In this document: piece by piece, positions 18,779 through 24,000 of the stretch
Layout of the letters: the number at the start of each line of letters is the position of its first letter
Numbering within the stretch: position 1 is the stretch's first letter
Assembly: GCA_051861205.1 (NCBI GenBank)
Contig: JBHYDC010000010.1
Location: 65,979 to 89,978, forward strand
Reading direction: 5' to 3'
From: Oharaeibacter sp.
GTDB taxonomy: Bacteria > Pseudomonadota > Alphaproteobacteria > Rhizobiales > Pleomorphomonadaceae
Length of the DNA: 24,000 nucleotides
Program-made: the position numbers and the translations under genes
Notes under the pieces: generated by a model
Database searches by the model: none
The model's input: the letters and a program-made list of their open reading frames with translations, nothing else
Told to the model about the DNA's origin: nothing

Positions 18779-20278
18779 GTGCTCTCCGTCACCGGACTGA
18801 CCAAAGCTTTCGGCGAGACCCGCGCCCTCGGCGGTGTCGACCTCAAGGTCGGCGCCGGTGAGGTCGTGGGCCTCGTCGGCCATAATGGCGCGGGCAAATC
18901 CACGCTGATCAAATGCCTCGTCGGCGCCGAAATCCCGGATAGCGGTCTGATCGCGGTCGACGGCTGCGCTCAGACGTTCCGAGGCACCCAAGACGCGCGC
19001 GCGGCCGGCATCCGCGTCATCCACCAGGATCCGCAACTCGTTCCCGCCTTCAACGCCGTCGAGAACGCCTTCCTCGGCCTCGACCCGCCGACCCGCTTCA
19101 CCCTCGTTGACACCGCCGCCATGCGCCGCCGCGTGAGCGCGCTCGCCCGCGATTTCGCGCCGGGCCTGCCGCTCGGCATTCCCGCCGCCGAACTTCCCGC
19201 CGCCATGCGCCAACTCGTCGCGATCTTGCGCGCCCTCAGCGATCGCGGCCGCATCCTCATCCTCGACGAACCCACCGCCGCGCTGTCCGCCGAGGAGGCC
19301 GACCGCCTGATCGCCGCCGTGCACCGCCTTCGGGGGGAGGGGCTCGGCATCCTCTACGTCAGCCACCGGCTCGGCGAAGTCCTTGATATAGCCGACCGCG
19401 TTGTCGTGATGCGCGACGGCCTCGTCACCGCCGAGCGCCCCACCGCCGGCCTCACGACGGATGACCTCGTGCGCCTCATGGTCGGCGACGCCGCACCCCC
19501 CATCCCTGCCGAAACCAGCACCCCCGGCCCCGCCGTTCTCTCGCTCCAATCCGTCGTCATGCGCCCCGGCACGCCGCCGATTTCGCTCGACGCACGGGCA
19601 GGGGAGATCACCGTGCTCTACGGCCTCGTCGGCTCCGGCCGCTCACGCCTTCTGCACACGATCTGGGGCGCGCGCGCCCACGCCGCGGGAATCATGACGC
19701 TGCAATCGCGGCCCTACCGTCCGAACACCCCCGCCGACGCCATCCATGCCGGCCTTGCCTTCGTGCCGGATGACCGCCGCCGCAACGCCCTCGTCGGCGA
19801 TCTGCCGCTCGTCGCCAACCTCACGCTCCCGCGTCTCTCCGACTTCACGCGCGGCCCGTTGATCGACACCGCGCGCGAGGCCAAAGCCTTCGTCTCCGCC
19901 GCAAGCCGTCTTCGAATCGTCCACCGCTCGGCGGAGCAGGGCGCTCTCACCCTGTCCGGCGGCAACCAGCAAAAGCTCGTCTTCGCACGCTGGACTGACC
20001 GTGTCCCGACGCTGCTCTTGCTCGACGAGCCCACCGAGGGCGTCGACGCCCGCTCGAAGTCGGAGATCCACGGCATCATCCGCGAAACCGCCGCCTCCGG
20101 CGCCGCCGTCCTCGTCGCCACCTCCGACCGCGACGAGGCCCTCGCGCTCGGCGATCGCATCCTCGTCATGCGTGAAGGTGCCATCGTCGACCGTATTTCG
20201 CGCGCTGAGGCAACGCCCGCGCGCGTCACCGCCAGCGCCCATCACGAACCCGGAAAAGTAGCCAGAAACGCCCGATGA
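18779..20278 (+). CDS. Sugar ABC transporter ATP-binding protein (duplicated ABC domains, RbsA/XylG type), GTG start
   Basis: 'LVGHNGAGKSTLIKCLVG', 'AELPAAMRQLVAILRALSDRGRILILDEPTAALS', 'TLSGGNQQKLVFARWTD...LLLLDEPTEGVD'. Confidence 0.96.
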   Translation: MLSVTGLTKAFGETRALGGVDLKVGAGEVVGLVGHNGAGKSTLIKCLVGAEIPDSGLIAVDGCAQTFRGTQDARAAGIRVIHQDPQLVPAFNAVENAFLGLDPPTRFTLVDTAAMRRRVSALARDFAPGLPLGIPAAELPAAMRQLVAILRALSDRGRILILDEPTAALSAEEADRLIAAVHRLRGEGLGILYVSHRLGEVLDIADRVVVMRDGLVTAERPTAGLTTDDLVRLMVGDAAPPIPAETSTPGPAVLSLQSVVMRPGTPPISLDARAGEITVLYGLVGSGRSRLLHTIWGARAHAAGIMTLQSRPYRPNTPADAIHAGLAFVPDDRRRNALVGDLPLVANLTLPRLSDFTRGPLIDTAREAKAFVSAASRLRIVHRSAEQGALTLSGGNQQKLVFARWTDRVPTLLLLDEPTEGVDARSKSEIHGIIRETAASGAAVLVATSDRDEALALGDRILVMREGAIVDRISRAEATPARVTASAHHEPGKVARNAR

Positions 20279-21210
20279 CCCGCGCCCCTCTCCACCGCTA
20301 CGGCACGCTTCTCGCGTTCGCCGTCATCTGCGCCGGCTTCGCCGTGGCCTCACCGGGCGCCTTCGCATCGGGCGCGAATGTGCTGAACCTCCTCCAGCAA
20401 CTCACCACGCTGGCCATCGTCGCCGTGGCCGCAACCATCGTGATGATCGCGGGCGAGTTCGATCTTTCCGTCGGCTTCACCGCCTCGCTGTCCGCCGTGA
20501 TCTGCTTCGCGTTGTTCGGCGCGGGTGTCGCCGTCCCGGTCGCGATCGCCCTTGCGCTCACGGCTGGCCTCATCGCGGGCCTCGCCAACGGCATCCTGGT
20601 CGCGCGGTTTGAGGTCCCGTCCTTTGTCGCCACGCTCGCCGTCGGCACCATCCTGTCCGGCCTGGCCTATTGGGCGTCCGGCGGATCCAGCCTGTTTTCC
20701 GGCGTGCCGGACAGCTTCAAGGCGCTTGGGCGTGGCACGCTTCTCGGCATCCCCGTCCTTGCCTATTGGATGGCCGGCGTCATGCTCCTGGCCGCCGTCG
20801 TGCTCGCGCGCAGCCCCTTCGGCCGCCGTCTCCACGCCATCGGCGGCAACCGTGAGGCGGCGCGTCTCGCCGGTCTACCGGTCCGCCGCGACCGCATCGC
20901 CGCCTTCGCGATCGCTGGATTGCTCGCCGCGCTCGCCGGCCTGCTGCTCGCCGCCCGCCTCGGCAGCGTCCAGCATACGATGGGCGAGGCGATGCTGCTG
21001 CCCGCCTACGCCGCCGTTTTCCTCGGCACCACCACCTCGCGCACCGGCACGCCGAACATTCCCGGCACGTTGCTCGGCGTCGCCATCGCGGGCGTGGTCG
21101 CCAACGGGCTGACAATTCTGGGCGCTGAAACCTATGTTCAGCGCATGGTCACCGGCGGCGTCATCATCGCCGCCGTCCTCACCCGCCAACTCGGCAAGAG
21201 CACGCGATGA
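20275..21210 (+). CDS. Sugar ABC transporter permease (RbsC family)
   Basis: Hydrophobic protein; 'GEFDLSVGFTASLSAVICFALFGAG', 'GLANGILVARFEVPSFVATLAVGTILSGLAY', 'AAVFLGTTTSRTGTPNIPGTLLGVAIAGVVANGLTILG'; 4-bp overlap with the ATPase gene. Confidence 0.95.
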   Translation: MTRAPLHRYGTLLAFAVICAGFAVASPGAFASGANVLNLLQQLTTLAIVAVAATIVMIAGEFDLSVGFTASLSAVICFALFGAGVAVPVAIALALTAGLIAGLANGILVARFEVPSFVATLAVGTILSGLAYWASGGSSLFSGVPDSFKALGRGTLLGIPVLAYWMAGVMLLAAVVLARSPFGRRLHAIGGNREAARLAGLPVRRDRIAAFAIAGLLAALAGLLLAARLGSVQHTMGEAMLLPAYAAVFLGTTTSRTGTPNIPGTLLGVAIAGVVANGLTILGAETYVQRMVTGGVIIAAVLTRQLGKSTR

Positions 21211-22646
21211 GCGGCATTCTGATCCTCGACGTCGGCACAAGCGCCCTCAAAGCCGTCCTGTTCAACCCGAACGGCACCGTCGCCGCCTCCGCCGATGCCG
21301 GATACGGCGAACCGCTCGCCCCCCATCGCCAGGATCCGAACGCGTGGTGGCGCGCGGCATGCGACGCTGTCCGCGCGCTCGGCCCGATCCAGCCGAACGC
21401 CATCGGCCTGTCCGGCACCATGGAAAACCTGATCCCGGTGGACGGGGAGGGCGCCCCGGTCGGCCCTGCCATCCTCTATTCGGACCCCTGCGGCGCCCCC
21501 TATCTCGCCCGCGCCGCAGGCAACCTCGCCGCCATAGACGCACCGCGCCTTCTCGGCAATCCGCCCGAGCCGCTGATGTCCGCGTTCAAGCTGCAATGGC
21601 TCGCCGATCACGACCCCGCCGTCCACGCCGCCGCCCGCTGGTTCTTGTTATCCGCGAAAGACGCGCTCGCGCTGCGCATGACCGGCGTCGCCGCCACCGA
21701 CCCGATTTCGGCCTCCACCTCCGGCCTCATGGGTATGCGCACCCGCGACTGGTCGCCGACGCTCTTCGCCGCGCTTGCCATCGAACAAAGCCGGCTGCCG
21801 CCGATCCGCCCGTCCGGCGCCATCCTCGGCCCGCTCAGCGCACAAGCCGCCGCTGAACTCGGCCTGCCGCAGGGTCTTCCCGTCATCAACGGCTGCGGCG
21901 ATGCCGGCGCCACCACCGTCGGCTCGGCCTGCGCGGAGGAGGGCGACGTCAGCTTGTATTTGGGCACCTCCGGCTGGGTCGCCCGCGTCGTATCCGACGC
22001 CCGCATCGCCGAGCCCCGGCCCGTCTATCGTCTCGCTCACCCGGCGGACGGCCTCACGATCGAGATCACGCCCATCCTCTCCGCCGGCGCCGCCACGGCC
22101 TGGGCCCGCGCCACGCTCTCGCTGGACACGGCTGCCGCCGAAGCTCTCCTCGCGGAAGCCGATCGCAACCCGCCGGACCTCGTGTTCCTGCCGTATCTCA
22201 TCGGCGAGCGATCGCCCTTTGCCGATCCCGATGTGCGCGGCGCCTTCATCGGCCTTTCCGCCGACCACGGCCCCGCCGCGCTCTATTATGCCGTGCTTGA
22301 AGGCGTATCCTTCGCCATCGCCGCCAATCTCGCAGACCTCGCCAGCGAGCCCAACCTGCGCATCCGCCTCGCCGGCGGCGGCGCCACAAGCCGCCTCTGG
22401 CCGCAAATCCTAGCCGACATTCTCGGCCGCCCCGTCGGCGTCCCCGCCGACCCCGCGCTCGCCACCGCCCACGGCGCCTTCAGCATCGCCGCCACCGCCC
22501 TCGGCTGGCCAGACCACGCCCAAAGCGCCGTAACCCTCATCACGCCGCGCCCAGACCGCCAACCCCGCGCCAACCACCTATCCACCATCTTCCAACACGC
22601 CACCACCTTCGCCCGAAGCGTCGGACAGCGCCTGTCGGCGCGCTGA
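21207..22646 (+). CDS. FGGY-family carbohydrate kinase (xylulokinase-like)
   Basis: 'ILILDVGTSALKAVLFNPNG', 'GLSGTMENLIPVD', 'GCGDAGATTVGSACAEEGDVSLYLGTSGWVARV', 'LPYLIGERSPFADPDVRGAFIGLS', 'RLAGGGATSRLWPQILADILG'; 4-bp overlap with the permease gene. Confidence 0.94.
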   Translation: MSGILILDVGTSALKAVLFNPNGTVAASADAGYGEPLAPHRQDPNAWWRAACDAVRALGPIQPNAIGLSGTMENLIPVDGEGAPVGPAILYSDPCGAPYLARAAGNLAAIDAPRLLGNPPEPLMSAFKLQWLADHDPAVHAAARWFLLSAKDALALRMTGVAATDPISASTSGLMGMRTRDWSPTLFAALAIEQSRLPPIRPSGAILGPLSAQAAAELGLPQGLPVINGCGDAGATTVGSACAEEGDVSLYLGTSGWVARVVSDARIAEPRPVYRLAHPADGLTIEITPILSAGAATAWARATLSLDTAAAEALLAEADRNPPDLVFLPYLIGERSPFADPDVRGAFIGLSADHGPAALYYAVLEGVSFAIAANLADLASEPNLRIRLAGGGATSRLWPQILADILGRPVGVPADPALATAHGAFSIAATALGWPDHAQSAVTLITPRPDRQPRANHLSTIFQHATTFARSVGQRLSAR

Positions 22647-22828
22647 AACCGCGTCGTTGAGCCAAGCTCACCCGTTGCAAATGAAATAGGGGGCGGCGCA
22701 TGCCAATAGTCCGTTCCGCTAGGCCGCCCAATCCATCGGCACGCTGCATCCCATGCTGTGCCGAGACAAGACGAGCCTAGTCAACGCACCTCCATCAAGC
22801 GCCCCGTAGATGCGATTCGCATAAGGAA

Positions 22829-22858
22829 GATTATGGAACTTATGTATATCCCATAATC
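22829..22858. terminator. Perfect 8-bp inverted repeat between convergent genes, possible weak bidirectional terminator
   Basis: GATTATGG-aacttatgtatatc-CCATAATC in a locally AT-rich patch, immediately past the recX stop (minus) and downstream of the FGGY kinase (plus). Confidence 0.35.
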
Positions 22859-22861
22859 CAG

Positions 22862-23431
22862 TTATTCGCCCCCATCTCCCGCCAGTTCCGCCTCAGCCGT
22901 CTCCCGGTCCATCCCCACCACCCTCCGGGCATCGCCCAGCGAGAACCCGTTGCGGCACAGCGCGGCCAGATCGCGGCGGTCGGCTTCTCGCACGTCGGCC
23001 GGCACGCGATTGCGCCACGGACCCAGCCGTTTGCGGCGTGCGAACAGCAGCGCTGCGGTGCGATCGTCGGTGTCGTCGCCGGTCAGCGCGGCCGTCGTGG
23101 TCTCGCGGTCGACGCCTTTGGCGGAGAGCTTGGCGGCGATCTTGGCGGCGGACAAACCCTTGCGCCGGCTTGATGATACCTTCGATGCCGCGAACGCCTG
23201 ATCGTCCACCACGCCCAGCGTCCGGCAATCCTCCAGCACCGCCGCAATCGCCTCCGCCGCTTGCTCCGGATCGATCGTGGTCCCGTCCAGGCTCGCCCAG
23301 CGCTTCAGCTTGCGCGCCAAAATCCGAGACAAATGCGCCTCCGACGCCGAATAGCGCTGGAGATAATGCCACGCCGCGCGGCGCAGTCGGTCGCGGTTCG
23401 GCGGCACGGAGGGTGAGTCGAACTCGGTCAT
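22862..23431 (-). CDS. recX: Regulatory protein RecX
   Basis: 'ALHYLxRY'-like 'AAWHYLQRYSASEAHLSRILARKLKRWA', 'LGVVDDQAFAASKVSSSRRKGLSAAKIAAKLSAKGVDRE' matches the RecX family; start at 23431. Confidence 0.85.
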   Translation of the reverse strand: MTEFDSPSVPPNRDRLRRAAWHYLQRYSASEAHLSRILARKLKRWASLDGTTIDPEQAAEAIAAVLEDCRTLGVVDDQAFAASKVSSSRRKGLSAAKIAAKLSAKGVDRETTTAALTGDDTDDRTAALLFARRKRLGPWRNRVPADVREADRRDLAALCRNGFSLGDARRVVGMDRETAEAELAGDGGE

Positions 23432-23588
23432 CGCATCGTTGCACCATGGGTGCCCGCCACCGTCAACCGGCGGCGGAAACGGGGCAGCTTGCAAAGACAA
23501 GTCCTTGCACTCACATTGGTTTCAGCCTCAGAATCTCGAAATCCGGTGCGCCTAAATCCCGGAAACTCAAGATTTACAAGGCAAACAG

Positions 23589-23616
23589 TTGACTCCAGTT
23601 ACCTTGCCCCTATCTT
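23589..23616 (+). promoter_or_regulatory. Sigma70-like promoter
   Basis: TTGACT (23589-23594), 16-nt spacer, TATCTT (23611-23616), upstream of the metal SBP gene. Confidence 0.55.
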
Positions 23617-23620
23617 AGAA

Positions 23621-23635
23621 TGCAAATCATTCGCA
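23621..23635. promoter_or_regulatory. Fur/Mur-family operator-like palindrome
   Basis: TGCAAATCATTCGCA = TGCnAATnATTnGCA, an odd-centred palindrome like known Fur/Mur boxes of alphaproteobacteria, placed just downstream of the -10. Confidence 0.65.
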
Positions 23636-23651
23636 ATTGCAGCCCCTCGCC

Positions 23652-24000
23652 ATGGTCGAACTCAGCCGACGAGACCTCCTAGCCGCCCTCGGCGCGCTTG
23701 CCTTCATGGGCGGTTCCGGCCTGTCATCCGCCGTTGCCGCCGCGCCCGGCGTCGCCGGATCAGACCTCTCGCTTGTCGCCACCACCGGCATGCTGGCCGA
23801 TGCCGTTCGCACCGTGGGCGGGCCGCGCGTCGCCGTCACCGCCCTCATGGGCCAGGGCGTGGACCCGCACGCCTACCGCCAAACCCGGTCCGATATTGCC
23901 GCCATGGTCCGAGCCGACGCGGTTTTCGCTCACGGGCTCTATCTCGAAGCCCAGCTTGAAGACTTCCTCATGCGCGTCGGCGAGAAGAAGCCGGCTCGCT
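23652..24000 (+). CDS. Metal (Zn/Mn) ABC transporter substrate-binding protein, TroA/ZnuA family; truncated by window end
   Basis: 'MVELSRRDLLAALGALAFMGGSGLSSAVA' signal, then 'LSLVATTGMLADAVRTVGGPRVAVTALMGQGVDPHAYRQTRSDIAAMVRADAVFAHGLYLEAQL'. Confidence 0.9.
   Translation, partial: MVELSRRDLLAALGALAFMGGSGLSSAVAAAPGVAGSDLSLVATTGMLADAVRTVGGPRVAVTALMGQGVDPHAYRQTRSDIAAMVRADAVFAHGLYLEAQLEDFLMRVGEKKPAR

Noticed and set aside
23450-23959. 169-aa plus-strand ORF
   Set aside because: Out of frame with the clear metal SBP gene starting at 23652 and antisense to the recX start region.
1-24000. CRISPR array, transposase, integrase, phage or novel defence system
   Set aside because: No regularly spaced repeats and no recognisable mobile-element or defence genes were seen; the only TA-type locus is the higBA module.

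Overview
This looks like a chromosomal window from a high-GC alphaproteobacterium. It is mostly housekeeping and catabolic genes, densely packed with many 4-bp ATGA overlaps. From left to right I read: a LysR regulator (-); a higBA-type toxin-antitoxin locus whose toxin is broken at a 10-C homopolymer; an ALDH7-like aminoadipate-semialdehyde (piperideine-6-carboxylate) dehydrogenase and a glutaryl-CoA dehydrogenase (lysine catabolism); a HAD hydrolase; a small hypothetical protein; two YsnF/DUF2382-like stress proteins; cobalamin genes cobC (-), cobD (+), cobQ and cobO (-); a biotin operon bioB-bioF-bioD-bioA-bioZ (-) that runs directly into cobO-cobQ; an orphan OsmF-like substrate-binding protein; a ribose-type ABC transporter (SBP-ATPase-permease) with an FGGY kinase; recX (-); and the 5' end of a metal ABC transporter SBP behind a Fur/Mur-like operator. 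I found no clearly novel defence or mobile system. The most worthwhile observations are the poly-C frameshift in higB with duplicated upstream palindromes, the continuous biotin-to-cobalamin gene run, the proximity of glutaryl-CoA genes to bioZ (which is thought to use glutaryl-CoA), the tRNA T-arm-like fragment inside the bio operon, the overlapping start codons of cobC and cobD on a CCATGG palindrome, several perfect or near-perfect hairpins, and the Fur/Mur-like box upstream of a possibly Tat-exported metal SBP.
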